A DNA stretch of 64,000 nt from positions 1,240,001 through 1,304,000 of the forward strand of contig CM030333.1 of assembly GCA_017654855.1 (NCBI GenBank). The letters run 5' to 3'. Both the position numbers and the translations under genes were made by a program. The notes beneath the pieces are model-generated. The model was not told where the DNA came from. It ran no database searches and saw only the letters and a list, made by a program, of their open reading frames with translations. Numbering within the stretch: position 1 is the stretch's first letter; every line of letters starts with the position of its first letter. Shown piece by piece: positions 1 through 13,600 of this stretch. This stretch comes from Podospora anserina. Its lineage: Eukaryota.

Positions 1-1250
1 GAGAGATCAAAACTTCGGCGAGCGGATACAGTGATATTTTGAAGACATCCTGAGCTCCACCACCCGGGATGTATCACCCAGTTTGTGTCAAGTCCATTGA
101 GGCTTAAGATGAAAGTGCTGCTGCTGTGGTTCTCTGCGAGGTGATATGGGGCTGGAATCCCGCCGAGCGCTGACCAGCTAATGTAGGAACGGCTGCCCGT
201 AATCCAGTAATACGAATGCTATTGACAACATGCATCCACGCCCGGCATAAGTAACCAAACAAAAGCCAATGACCAAGAAAAGGCATATCATGAACATTAA
301 TACCATGGATCAAACAGAAGATCGGCCGTAAATGAACACCGAGATACAAGCTCTAGACCGAAGCACTGATCAGAGGTTTGAGGACAAGGCGAGCTTCATT
401 GCAACCTATCGCCGGATCAACAGACAGCCTCAAACGCTAAGTCGATGTGGACGATAACCTCTGCGATGAAACGAGAAGATCACCTCGATGCACCCACAAG
501 CCATGGGCCAAGAGCATGGTTTGAGCCACGAGAACCGGGTGTGGCAATCTTTCCGAAGAACCAGGGAGACGGATCAGCAGATCGCATTTCGTGCAGAAAC
601 TAAAAGAGACATCCGGGAGATTCTGCCGCCGGGCGGCACCTGACGATGATACACAATTACCGCAGTGTCGTTTGTCGGTTGAGCTACTGCGAAGCTGATA
701 GGGCTGCAGACAATCCGTGACACTGGGCCCCGTGAATGAGAGCAAGGGTGACATAGCGCCTGGTATGATGGCGCTGAAATGGGCACCCTCCGACCCGGAA
801 TCATATGGACTAATTCAAATGAAACACAATGTGTGTTTCTGGAGGAGGCAGAATACCGAGGAAAAACTGCTCAAGGGCAAGTGTGTGGTGGTTTTGGCGT
901 GAGACGAGGCGAGAAAAAAGTGAGGCGGACGAGGTCAAGCTCTGGGCAACCAGTAGAATGGCACCTTGGAGATTCCGTACATGCAATACTGTGCCTTCCA
1001 CGAGCCTGTAGAAGGATGTCCCTGAATGGCTAGAACCAAGAAGAACACTAGGATGGAAGCGGTACTGTACTTAGTGACATTCTTCTCAAGCCTCCTCGAC
1101 CGTAACCGTGCTTCAACTGACCACCTCAGCCAAGGACCTTGGTTCAACACAGGCATATAAGGACACCAGAGTTCCCGTTGCTTTGACAATGACGATGACA
1201 GGGAGCTCAGTACCTTTTCCCAACATTATCATTATTTCCCGTCGCCCAAA

Positions 1251-1742
1251 ATGTCGTCTTCGCCGCCTGAATCGATGAACAGATACTGGATTCCCAATCT
1301 GGATATCCACAAAAAGGTCATCACTCAGGAGCTTCAGTATTACCTCGGACCCGACGCGAGCGTGAGGCCTTTTACTCGAGAGGTGTGAAAAATGCCCTTC
1401 CGTGAGGTTTGCGACAGGCTGACGAGTGCAAACTTTCAGGGTGAAGATGGCTTCTTGATCACCACACCAGGACCTTGCCTGTCAGATGTGAGCCGCCGAT
1501 TCCACACCAGAGCTCCGATCGAGCCCCAACGTTGACAATGCCCCCAGGAGCAAATAGACGACATATGCGTCAAGTCGAAGCAGCTGTGGGAGAAACAGGC
1601 AGCAGCGCGAGCAGCCGGCAGTTCGAGCAAATCCCTCAAGCGACCTCTTCACGCACCTGTATCACTCGGGAAGTCGGGCGGCACCAGTGAATCGTCCAGT
1701 AGACGGAGAAAGCCCAGAAGCCATCGGGATGACAGACGATGA
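1251..1742 (+). CDS. Small conserved fungal protein (124 aa), RfeG-like domain; 3 exons (1251-1382, 1440-1487, 1548-1742)
   Basis: Manual splicing at GTGTGA..CTGAC..CAG and GTGAGC..TTGAC..CAG gives the open frame MSSSPPESMNRYWIPNLDIHKKVITQELQYYLGPDASVRPFTRE/GEDGFLITTPGPCLSD/EQIDDICVKSKQLW...DDRR*. The pattern Y-W-I-P..I...VI..(E/D)L..YLG.DA.VRP resembles the Aspergillus RfeG family (from memory). Absent from the ORF track. Confidence 0.75.
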
Positions 1743-2655
1743 GAGTTTGGGGGATACCCACTATCGGGCACGAGGTAGCTTGGTTCAGATCGTTTCGGAT
1801 GCCTGATGAGGGGACAGTAGCAGAGGGATCAATGTGGAACGTGGGGAAGCAAGCCACGAGGGGCGAATGGTGAAGCAGAGTGACTGAAGTTGGCGGTTTG
1901 AGGTGCATGTGCCATATCGATTGTTGTGTTATGGTGGTTGTAGAGTATTTGGTCGACCAGCAATATTGTGCCATCTGGCAATGGAACGGCGTTTTCCTAT
2001 CTTCGGCGGATAACTGCAGTGCATGATGCGCGTCGGATTCTGCAACCGAGAGAGCTAGCCCAAATTCGAAAGCCTCCACTCGTTCCAATTGGAATATTGC
2101 TTGTTTTCCTCGTGCATCTGGGACCCGATGAAAGTCGCCTGAGACAACGTAGGCGATATGTTGTGACTTCTGTTGTGCGGTGTTGCGGTGCGCACCAAGA
2201 GACGTTTATGGCAGCCGTGTGGTCGTTCACACGTCCAATCGCCCGGGACCTCCATCGAGCCAATCCGAAGCAGTTACCACAAGGCAACCGATTTGTGCAG
2301 ATCCCATAGTTCATTAGAGCCCATGCATCGTCAAGCATTAGCAAATGATGAGCAGAGCGGCGCCGTATGCAGGTTTGAAGGCATCCACAGCCGTCATTGC
2401 GGTCATTCCGGCCCCAGTTCCGGACAGTAAGTTCCCAGTAGACCTCGTCCTACGACATATGCTGTAGCACAGTGTCGGCGCCGCCGTCTGATATTGTTGA
2501 TCAGTGTTGTACTGGCACGAAGAGGGTAGCATGTGGCGGACAATATTCGGAAATGGCTGTAATCGTGAGCTCGGGAAATATCACCACAATTGCGAACAGC
2601 GGGTGCGCAAAAGTCGATGAGTGAGTCCTGAGAGAGGCACTTGTTAGGCGTTAAC

Positions 2656-3106
2656 TCAACTCTCCTCACCGTCCAATGCCTGTACAGACGCTTCGTATTT
2701 TTCCAGGTTGAGGGGACCAGCCGACCAAAGAAGTGTTGCTTGGACCTCAACCACCGGATTCGTGTCGCCTAGCTTTTTGCTGTCGGTCGAGGTGACATAT
2801 CCGATGACATTCACCCATTCGCCAACGCGTGTTTGTTCCGCCTTGAGACTCTGCAGAACGAGGTTGACATCGACCGAGGCGAAAGTGAGTTGTCTGTCCT
2901 CAGACCCTCTGTATTGCAAGGTCAAAACGCCAGACTCGGTGGAATAGGATGTTACACTGGAGCACCGTCAGCTTCATTCCTTGAAATTTGAAGGTGACAA
3001 GTTTCAAGAGCACTCACCATCCCAGGAACCTCACTTTATCACCAATATCTTTTTGGGACAGGGAGGAGAGCAGACACAGTTGGGAGGGAAGCGGACCGAA
3101 AGACAT
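2656..3106 (-). CDS. TEN1: Telomere-capping CST complex subunit Ten1 (OB fold); 2 exons, intron 3017-2957
   Basis: Spliced product MSFGPLPSQLCLLSSLSQKDIGDKVRFLGCVTSYS...VDVNLVL...VGEWVNVIGYV...VQATLLWSAGPLNLEKYE matches fungal Ten1 motifs (GDKVRFLGCV, GEWVNVIGY). Confidence 0.9.
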
Positions 3107-3747
3107 GTTGTGAGCCAAAAAGAGTGTGTATAGTTCATTCTTGAATTAGATTTGACGGCAAAAGAATCTTCTGCTTTCAACGAGAACTCATACCGCAGTA
3201 TTGCACTGTCAAGAAACTCCTGCCTTCACGTCGATGAATGGGACGATAGCATGAGACTGCTTAGTCACCCAGACTGATAAGATCACATGATACCTCCGGG
3301 TAAAGTCCGGGATGGGGGTGGCCTTTGCATCCGCGTGCCGCAATCGCCAGTCACATTGTTGGAATGCCTTGCATCACTGGAAGCATCTCGATAGGCAGCC
3401 TTGTTCTGGCCAGAGACAACTCCTCACTGTGCATTCGTCACCCTAACCAGCGATAATCCTACGCAGCGCTTCTTCTTGTCAAGTCCTACGTTGGTTCTTG
3501 CGCGTTCACTTGCTCCGTTTCAGACCCTGTCTCGAGAGAAAGCGAGGTGCCTGGCGTTAGGCTGTGACCCCGCCAAACGTTGCTGAGGCGTCATCGGCAA
3601 ACTTGATCACCTGCACCGACCCTCGCTCAACACCGAAACTCAAACCTACTCGTCCACAACCGCGTTTGCTATTTTGCACCTCCATCGCACAGAGAATCCC
3701 ATCCCAGATACTTAGATTTTTCGATCTCTCACTCGCGATAATCAGTC

Positions 3748-4601
3748 ATGTCGGGCATCTGGGGCTGGTTCGGTGGTGGTGCCGCGCAGAAGCGGAAGGA
3801 TACCCCCAAGAATGTCATTCTGGATCTGCGGACAAACCTGGAGATGCTGCAGAAAAGGGAAGCCCACATTCTCCGCCAGATCGAGGAGCAGGAGAAGGAG
3901 GCCAGGAAGCATGTAAACACTAACAAGACTGGTAAGTCCTTTATCTGCGCTTTGTTTGCTTATCGCCCAGCTGGCAGACGCTGACGGCTCGTGTGATAGC
4001 GGCCAAGAATGCCCTGCGACGCAAGAAGGTCTATGAGGGCAACCTCGAAAAGACAATGAACCACATCGAAACCCTCGAAATCCAGATTAATGCCATCGAG
4101 TCTGCCAACATCAACAAGGAGACGTTCGAAGCGATGCAGAGAGCCAGCGAAGCCATGAAGTCAATACACGGCAAGCTCACGCCCGAGAAGGTCGACGAGG
4201 CCATGTACGTACCGAAAGTTTGGTTTCTATTTTTGTGCGATGGTACTGATGGTGGATATAGGGAAAAACTCCAAGAGCACAATCAGCTCAACGAGGAAAT
4301 CGCGGCTGCCATCGGCTCGGTCAACATTGGCCAGTCCATCGACGACGGAGAATTGGATGCGGAGCTGGACGAGCTCATGGCCAAGGATCTGGAGGACAAG
4401 ATGCTCGAGACTGGCACAGTACACGCAGATCGTCTGCCGAGCGTGGCGACCGGAGAACGTAAGTTGACTGGTAAGCTTGAAGCATGAATCCTGCATCGCT
4501 AACACCCCCTTGCAGTCAAGAACAACAAGGGCAAGGCGCCCGCGGTCGAAGACGACGAAGAGGCGGAACTCAACAGACTCAAGGCCGAGATGGCCATGTA
4601 A
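3748..4601 (+). CDS. SNF7: ESCRT-III subunit Snf7/Vps32; 4 exons
   Basis: N-terminal MSGIWGWFGGG amphipathic anchor, LEMLQKRE, AAKNALRRKK, QINAIESANINKET, and C-terminal DEEAELNRLKAEMAM*. Introns are canonical. Confidence 0.95.
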
Positions 4602-7600
4602 GTCTCGGGTTTGGCATGATGACATGCTGTATAACACTATATGACGTGGGGGATGAATACACGAGGCACCGACTTCTTTTCTCATTGTATTCGGTATGGA
4701 GGGCTTCCAACAGTGAGCAGTTGGTGTGACGGGTAGGGGGGAGACCAAGGACGAAGACAAGTGGATTTGCTTTTGATATCATATCATCTTTACGACGGTC
4801 CCTGGAGTTTGGTTTTTCGTTGCGATCGATGGCACTGGCGTTTTTGAGGTTTTACGGATTTTGATGTAGGTAATGGGAGGGTCGCATAGGAGACATATCT
4901 TCACACAGCACAACCACAGCACGCTCCATACACATACACACACGTGGAATCTTCCTAGGGCAGATGCACTGCATAACATACCTACATAGGGGAGGGAGAA
5001 GCTGCATGCATGAAGCTTTGTTGAAATCCTTCACTTTTGGGAGATCATGTCCCACTTGGCGTTTGGAGACTTGGAGACTGGGTTCCCAGCCTCGCGGGTT
5101 CAGCCTTTCCCCACGCCCAGGCCAAGAAGAATTCATGATGGCATCACCTGGTCTGCTTTTGTTTACAGATTTCCCCATCACGAGATGCTGGTAACCGTGG
5201 GGCATTTCATCACGGGTCTAATGCATGAGAACAGCCTTACCGATGAGGGGTTGATCTCACCGCTTTTTTGTTATCGTTGGATTTTGATGTCTTGGCTTTG
5301 GGACCCAGGACCCGAGAGTTGATTCTGCGACGGTTCTGGCGGATGGAGAGGATATTGAAGATGAGGGGTTGTGGTTATGATTGCCACCTTTCTGGGGTGT
5401 CGGAAGAGGTGTTTGATGGTTATCAGGCAAGATGAAGAGATTTGAGGGGGAGGTAACTGGAAGCGCTTGGGGTAGATACGATAGATAGATAGGGTGTTGA
5501 GTTGAGTTTATTTTACATGGCGCTCTTCCATCATCTTCAAGATCATTCACAGATGCCCCGCGAAGCATTGGAGGTTATCGTCCTCGGCGATCATCACAAG
5601 CTTTGTTTCTTGGTCTTTCGGGCGCTAGAGGGAGACCATGTTACCGCGGGGAGGTTGGGTTTTTTGATATTGACATGGATGCCCTTGAGGCTATTGAAGC
5701 TGAACGCGGGGTTGGGCGGTTTGAGTCTTGAATCGGGGACCGGGAATGATATTGCATGATTCTCGCTACATATCTGCTTGGTTTGACAATGTTTCCAGCC
5801 ATGAATTATTCCAGAATAGCAATCACCATTCGTAAACCAGAGATATCAGCAGAGACAGGTGTGAATATCGAAGCACAGACCGAGACGGCCGACGACCCTT
5901 GCATGCGGCAGCCGGGCCGGGGTACAAAAGATGGACCAATTCCAACGTTCCTCTATCAAATGTTAGCAGGGAACATGGACAAGGGTGTCCAATAACTAGC
6001 ATCCTACAGCGAACCACGAATGTCAACGCCTACCAGACGACCCCCTCGCCGTTGACGTTCGCCAGCATCGTTGGGCGATTTGATATTTCCCTCATTGTGT
6101 AGCCCTGTGAGGTCTTCGATCCATTTCATGAGAATATCGAAGCAAATCAAGTGCGACATTTGCCATGAAGGCCATGCGAATCAGAACGAACCAAAAATTT
6201 CTTTGGCTGATGCGTTGGCATCTGTGGATCCCCCACACAACAAAAAGAAGGGCGGGCCAGCCGCGGCAAGGAGGTAGAGATGGCGGTTCTTCCACAGGCA
6301 GATAACCACGTAGCACGCCAGTGACACCACACCTTTCCATTCTTTTTCACCATCACACACCTACGGCGGCCACACGGGTAGACCCTTTGGCGCTTTTTCT
6401 GGATCTGCGAAAGAAAGTTCGAAATACTTGGGGCTCCCCGCGGTTTGGAGGGGTGAAGGGTTGTCACTGGGACTCCCGTCTCTGCCATGCTCACCACCCC
6501 ACCAGCTGCCACACTTTGAGGGGTGCGTATGTGTGGTTCAGGGACAGGAACAGAAGAGGTGTCAAGCCGGGAGGATCGGGATGGAGTGAATAAGGGGATG
6601 GTGGTTGTTGAAGCCCAATATCACCCCAATAACGCTCATTGTTCTTTGGCCATGCCTCATTTTATATGGGTGGCTTCTTCATCTGATGTTCAGTCAGTCA
6701 GTCATTACCGTGATGGCCTATGTAATGAGCTGCGGATCCCCATGAGATTTGGCCAATCTTGGGACTGTGCTACACTGGTAGCTTGCGTGATTTGCCTCCT
6801 TGTAGAAGATATCATGATGAAGAGGGAAGGTTGGTTCGAGGTGATATGCTCTATTCCAGCGAGTAGTATCCATTCGACGTGGCGCCACTGCAGGTCGGTG
6901 GGCCAATGTCTGCGGTTCAATGCAGTCACTTGAGCGAAAAGACCAGCCGAATTGACCTCTTGCGTGGGGTTGTGATGGGTTTGAAATGTTCTTGCCAAGA
7001 CTCAGACGCACCCATCTTTTTACGCACCTGCCCCTCACTCTCGTCTGTTTGCACCAGGGTGCTCCCATCAACTGGAGAATTCTCGACAAGGTCAAGGCAA
7101 GAATTTTGCATCTTTTCGCCTTTCTTGCCTTCCTGCTTCAGACCGAGGCTTTGTTTTCTTTCTCTCTCCTCTCTTGTTGCCCAACACAACAAAACCGACC
7201 AAAAAAACAGTGATCCGATCTTCACCGTCGTCTTGTTTACTTTTTCCTCTCTCTCTCTTTCCCGTCTGCCTCACATCTCTCTCATATCACCCACCCTACC
7301 TACGAGCGAGACTTCCTCTCTCGGTCTGATCAGAGTCGCGGCCAACCACAGCCCGTCACACACCACCCCCCCTCTGCCGACTGTGCATATTCCAGCACAC
7401 GACATACATTAAACAACCCCTCCAGAAAGCAGGCCCGTCCCCGACATCGTCCAGCCAGACTGCACGGCACACGGCCACCACGCAGCACGAAAGCCCCACC
7501 TTTTTCTCACTTTGGGCACCCAATCTGCAGCCTTCCGATATACCACGAGCCAGAACCAGCCGAGCCGTAACCAGGCCACAAGTCCGTCTGCATGGAGAAT

Positions 7601-7671
7601 AATAAGAGAGCCCCTCAGGTCATGTCCGTCGAGATTTCCTCCGACAAGGCAGAGGTAGATGTCCCACAAGT

Positions 7672-10600
7672 ATGAGTCTCCCTCAAGATGTCGAGTTTAG
7701 TCCAGCTAGGACCACCCTTCATTGGGCCCAAAGCGACTATGATTATGATCAAGTTCAGTATGCCGACTTTAGCCAAATACAGGAAGCCAAATATGGAGAT
7801 GTGAAGTACCTCCAAGTATCCGAGAGTGAGATGGACGATCAAGAGATTGAGGGTGAGTTTTCTCCAACATGGTCCCAATCCTGCTACACATGTGACATGT
7901 CTGCTGATACACACCACATCAGGCAATGGCGATTTCACCCACCAGCATAATCCCAGGGACTCGATAGCCTCTCTCACCAACTCAGAGCCATCATCAGCCC
8001 CTCTCTCAAAGAACGCCAAGAAGAACAAGAAGAAGGCAGCGAAGAAGAAGGCAGCCAAGGAGGCTGAGAAGGAAGCCGAGAAGGAAGCCGAGCCACAACC
8101 CGAAGCCGAAACTGTGCCGACACCAGCCGCGGAGCCGACGCCGGAGCCGACAACGGAGGCCAAGGAGGAAGCCGAGGGGGAGGCTTCGGCCGCCAAGAAG
8201 AAGAACAAGAAGAAAAAGAAGAAGAACAAGAGCAGCGTCGATTCGACACCTGCTACATCTTCTGACTCTCTTGCCCCCGCTGCCGCCGAGCCAACATCAG
8301 AAGCCCCTGCGACTGAAGAGCAACCCAAGGTTAAGGAGGTCAAGGAACGCAGTCTCGAGGCCCTTGCTGCTGAGAGCAAGCAGAACGAGGAGCCCAGGAC
8401 TGAGGAGAAGGTTGAGGAAACCAGTGCCCCTGCTGCTGCTGCTGAGCCAACGCCTGTCGCCGAGGTGACTGGGACCAAGGAGACTGAAGCTCCCGCTGCT
8501 GAGGTCGCCACACCCGAGGTCAAGGAGGAGGAAAAGCCCACAGAAGATGATGCTCCCGCCGCTGAAGCTGCTGCTCCAGTAGAGAAGGTCGAAGATGCTG
8601 CGTCCTCAACGCCCGCCCCTGAGCCAGAAGCTGCCGAGGAGGCTGCCTCCACACCTGCTGCTGACCCCACGCCAGCAGAGGCTGCCGCTGAGGTGAAGGA
8701 GGAGCCAGCTGCCGAGTCCAAGTCTGAGGACGTCGCGGAGGCGCCTGCTGCCGAGACAGTGGTCGAAGCCGAAAAGTCCTTCGCTGAGGTTGCGGCCCCA
8801 GATGTTACTGAGGGTGCTGCCCCCGTTGTCATTGATCTCAAGTCTGAGCCTGAGGCTGAGAAGCCTCAAGAGGAGACCAAGGAGGTTGGGGCGTTCAAGG
8901 TTGAGGAGCCAGCTAACGAGGCTGAGAAGACCGAGGAGGAATCCGCCCCTGTTGCCGACGCCACCCCAGAGCCTACGCCTGTTGAGCAGTCAACACCTGC
9001 TGAGGACGTCAAGCCTGCTGAGTCTGAGAAGACTGCCGAGCCAGAGGTTGAGCCTACTCCTGAGACCAAGGAGGAACCCGCCACTCAAGCTAAGGAGGAG
9101 CCAGTTGCCGAACCAGTCCCTGAGGCTAAGGAGGAGGCCGCTGCTGCCGAGCCAGTTAGCGAGGCCAAGGAGGAGCCTGCTGTCGCTGAGTCAGTTGCCG
9201 AAGCGAAGGAGGAACCTACTGTCGCCGAGCTTGTCACAGAGTCCAAGGATGAACCAGTTGCCGAGGTCGCCAAGGAAGAGACTGCTGTTGAGACCAAGGA
9301 GGAGGCCACCCCTGACGTCAAGGAGGAGGTTGCCCCCGAGACCGAGGTCAAGGCTGAGGCTGCTCCCGAGGTGAAGGAGGAGCCCGCTTCCGAAGTCAAC
9401 GAGGAAGCCGCTGCAGCTGCCCCTGAAGTTAAGGAGGAGGGTACCCCCGAGATCAAGACTGAAGAGGTTGAGGTCAAGACTGAGGATATCCCTGAGGCGA
9501 AGGAGGAAGCCGCTCCTGAGGTCAAGGAGGAGGCTGCCGCTGAGGTTAAGGACGAGACTCCCGAGGTCAAGGAAGAGGCTGTCGAAATCAAGACTGAGGA
9601 GGCTGATGTCAAGATTGCGGACATTCCCGAGGCGAAGGAGGAGGCTGCTCCTGATGCTAATGAGGAGGCCACTCCCAAGCCTGCCGTTGAGGCCACCCTT
9701 GAAGTCAAGGAGGAGACTGCCACAGAGACCAAGGAAGAGGCTGTTGTGGAGCCTACTGCTGAGGTCAAGGAGGAGCCCGTCGTCGGCGCCCCCGCAGAGG
9801 CCAAGGACGAAGCCCCTGTTGAGGCTGTGCCTGAAGCCAAGGAGGATGTTGCTGCTGAGACCAAGGAGCAGTCCACCTCTGACGAGAAAGACGAGCCTGT
9901 TGCTGAGGTTGAACAACCTACCGCTGAGACCAAGGAAGAGGCCGCCCCTGAGGCTAAGACTGAGGCTGTCCCAGAAGTCACGGATGCCGTACCCGAGACC
10001 AAGGACGACGCTGCCCCCGAAGCCAAGAAGGAAGCTGTTGCTGAGCCCAAGACCGAGGTGGTCGAGGAGCCCAAGGATGAGCCTGCTGCAGAGATAACTG
10101 TGGAGGACAAGGATGTATCTTACGCTGAAGTTGCCGCTGCTGAGCCCGCCGCCGAGGCCAAGGAGGCTACTCCTGAGACCAAGGAGGAGACTGTCCCTGA
10201 GACCGAGGAGGAGCCAGCTGTCGAAGCCAAGCAAGAGCCTGCTCCCGAGACCAAGGATGAGCCCGCTGCTGAGGCAAAGGAGGACACCACCACTGAGACA
10301 GTTGCTGAGTCCAAGGATGAGCCAGTGGCTGAGGTCAAGGAGACTGCCCCTGAGCCTGCCGTTGAGGCCAAGGAGGAGCCAGTACCCGAGACCAAGGAGG
10401 AGTCTGTTCCTGAGCCTGCTGTTGAAGCTAAAGAGGAGGATGCCCCAGAGCCAGCCCCTAAGACTAAGGAGTCTGCTCCTGAGCCCCCGGTTGCTGAAAC
10501 CAAGGAGGAGCCTGCCGTTGAAACCAAGGAGGAACCTGCCGTTGAGGCTAAGGATGAGCCAGCGGTTGAGACCAAGGAGGAGTCTTATGCTGAAGTCGCC

Positions 10601-13600
10601 GCGGCTGCTGTCGAGACCAAGGAGGAAACCGCCACCGAGACAAAGGATGAGCCCGCGGTCGAAGCCACGGAGGCTCAGGTTGAGAAGTCTGCTCCTGAGC
10701 CCGTTGTTGAGGCCAAGGAGGAGCTCACCCCAGCGCCAGTAGAGGAGGCGAAGGATGTGCCTGCCGCGGAGCCTACTTCTGAGGTGAAGGAAGAAGCTGA
10801 GCCAACTTCCGTCGAGGACTCCAAGCAGGAGGAGCCCGAGGTCAAGGAGGAGTCCTACGCTGAGGTCGCCGCCGCTCCCGCTCCGGAGGAGACAGTCAAG
10901 GAGGAGAAGCCCGCAGTTGAGTAAGTTTATGCGGTTGTCGCGTTATCAGTTGCATTCAAAGGCTAACGATATGCTGTAGGGAATCTGCCGCCAAGGAAGA
11001 TGCGCCAGTCACTGAGGACAAGCCCGAGCCCGAGACTGCTGAGGAGCCTGCCAAGCCCGAGGAGGCCAAGGAGGGGGTCGCTGCTGAGCCTGCTGTCGAG
11101 AAGACTGCTGAGCCTGCTGCCGAGCCTGCTGCCGAGCCTGCTGAGGAGACTGTCGTCGAGTCTACTCCTGAGAAGGTCACCGAACCCGTTGAGGAGAAGT
11201 CTGCTGAGCCGGTTGCTGAGAAGGCTGTCGAACCAGTTGGGGAGAAGGTTACCGAAGCTGCCGATGAGCCTGTCGCCGAGCCTGTCGCCGAGAAGGCTGC
11301 CGAGCCCGAAGCTGAGAAGGCTGCCGAGTCTACTGACGAGACCGTCGCCGAGCTCAAGGAGCAGGTTGGTGTTGCCGGGACTGTTGCTGCTGTTGCCGGA
11401 ACCGTTGCTGCCGCCACCGAGACTGTTGCTGAGGCTGCCACTTCTGTAGCCGACACTGTTGCTGCGACTTTTTCTGAGCCAGCTGATAAGGCTGCCGAAG
11501 AAGCTGACAAGTCGACTCCAGTTGTGGAGAAGACCGAGGAAGAGTCGGCCGCTGTTCAAGCTGAGAGTGCTTCCGTTGCTGAGGCTGTTCCAGCTGTCGA
11601 AGAATCCGCCAAGGCTGCCGAGACCGTTGAGGAGAAGGCCGCTCCCGTCGAGGAGGCCCCGGAGACTACCCCTGAGCCTGCAGCTGAAGTCAAGCCTGAG
11701 ACTGAAACCGAAGTTGCTGCCCCCGCCTCTACTGAGGAGGTTGACAGCACCCCAGTTTCTGTCGACAGGGCTATTGTCGAGGAGACTCCTGCTCCTGTCG
11801 AAGAGGTCGCCAAGGTCGAGCCTACTGAAGAGATCAAGCCTGCCTCAACCGAGGACGCCAAGGTTGAAGTCGCTGAGACCAAGCCTGAGGAGACCAAGAT
11901 CGAAATTGTCGAAGAGGCTCAGCCTGAAGTTGCCGAGACCGCCACTGAAGCTGTTGAGGAGACCAAGGTTCCCGCACCTGTGGAGGAGGCCAAGGCCGAG
12001 CCCGCTGAGGAGACCAAGACTCCCGAGCCTGTCGAGGAGGCCAAGCCTGCGCCAGTAGAAGAGGTCAAGGCTGAAGCTGTCGAAGACGTCAAGACTGAAG
12101 CTGCTGAAGCGCCCAAGGCTGATCCAGTCGAGGAGGTCAACGCTGTTGAGCCGGTCGAGCAAGTTATCGCCCCAGCTGCTGAGAGTGTCGAGGCACCCAA
12201 GGAAGAGTCCCAGCCTGAGCCAGTGGTCGAGAGATCCCTTGTCGTCGAAGCTCCCGTCGAAGCTCCCAAGGATGTTGCCGCTGAACCCGTGGTCGAGGCG
12301 CCTATCGAAGCACCCAAGGAGGTCGTTGCTGAGCCCGTTGTCGCGGCGGCCAGATCCCTTCCCGAGACTGTCGAGAAGGTTGAGCAGGAGGAGAGTAAGG
12401 ACACCGTTGGGCCAATCCCCAGCGAGAACAAGGATGAGAAGGCTTCAGGTGAGGAACACCCAATCCCAGTATTGCTTGATACCCCCGGTGGCTTGGCAGG
12501 AGAGGAGATTTCAGAATGCATTTCGGAGCCAAAGGACACGGACACGGACTTGCAACAACCGGATACCCATGATACCCCCATTACCCATGATACCCATGAT
12601 ACCCAGGACGCGAGTGCGGCTATTTCTTCTGTACACAACAATGATACCCTTGACACACCTAATATCGATAATACCCCTGGCGAGAAGGAGGTCGTCCCGG
12701 AGACGACCGATGAGACAGAAGTCACGGTGGACGACAAGGAGGCTGTCAAGACAGTGGAAGAGGACAAGTCTGATGTCACACCATCGGACGAGGATCTTGC
12801 GGCGGCGGAGTCCAAGGAACCGGCGTCTTCCATCCAGGAGCCCGAGGCCAAGGACGACAAACCAGAGACTGAGGCAGCCCCCGAACCTGAAATCGCCCAC
12901 GCGGAGACGGCGCCAGTCGCCGAGGCCGAACCAGTTGTGGAGAGCACCCAGATCGAAGAGCCCACCCTGCCAGAGGTGAAGACACCATCCGCTGACGTTG
13001 AAGAAGCTCTGGAAGAACCCCCCTCTAGGACCAAGGAGCCCACTGAAGACTCCTCTCCTGTCGTCACTGATGATGCTAGCATTACTGTGGAGGAAGCCAC
13101 TCAGCAGTCTGAGGAGGAGAAGGAGCAGCCCATCATCGAACAGTCTAGCACCGAAACCCCTGCCGTTCAAGAATCCGTCGATGTCACCAGCACCCCAGAA
13201 GTTGAGAAGTCGGTGGTTGAGGAAGTTGCTGTTCCGGAGAAGGAGGAGGTTGCTCCCGAAGTCGAGTCTGTGGAGAAGACTGAGGAGGTTGAGCCAGTTG
13301 AAGTATCAGATGCCAAGGTCGCCCAGTCCGTCGACGATGCTCAAGCCGAAAACGACAAGTCCGACAGCCCAGTTGCTGCTGTTGCGGTTGCTGCCGGCAT
13401 TGCTTCTGCTGCTGCTATCGCCGCTACCGCCGCCTCAATCGAGGAGCCTGCCGCTGTCGAGAAGGCTGTTGTTGATGAGCCTGAAGTATCCGAGAAGACT
13501 GAGGAGCCGATCAAAGTTGACGAGCCTGTTGCTGTTGCCGATAAGTCTGTTATTGCCGATGAACCTGCCACCACCGAGGAGATTGTCATTGCCGCTGCCG

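Noticed and set aside
1..1200. Possible gene end or pseudogene at the window start
   Set aside because: All plus frames are interrupted by stops and no recognisable motif appears on either strand.
4700..7590. Short ORFs between SNF7 and the giant gene
   Set aside because: No codon bias, splice-supported model or motif. Consistent with terminator, promoter and 5' UTR sequence.
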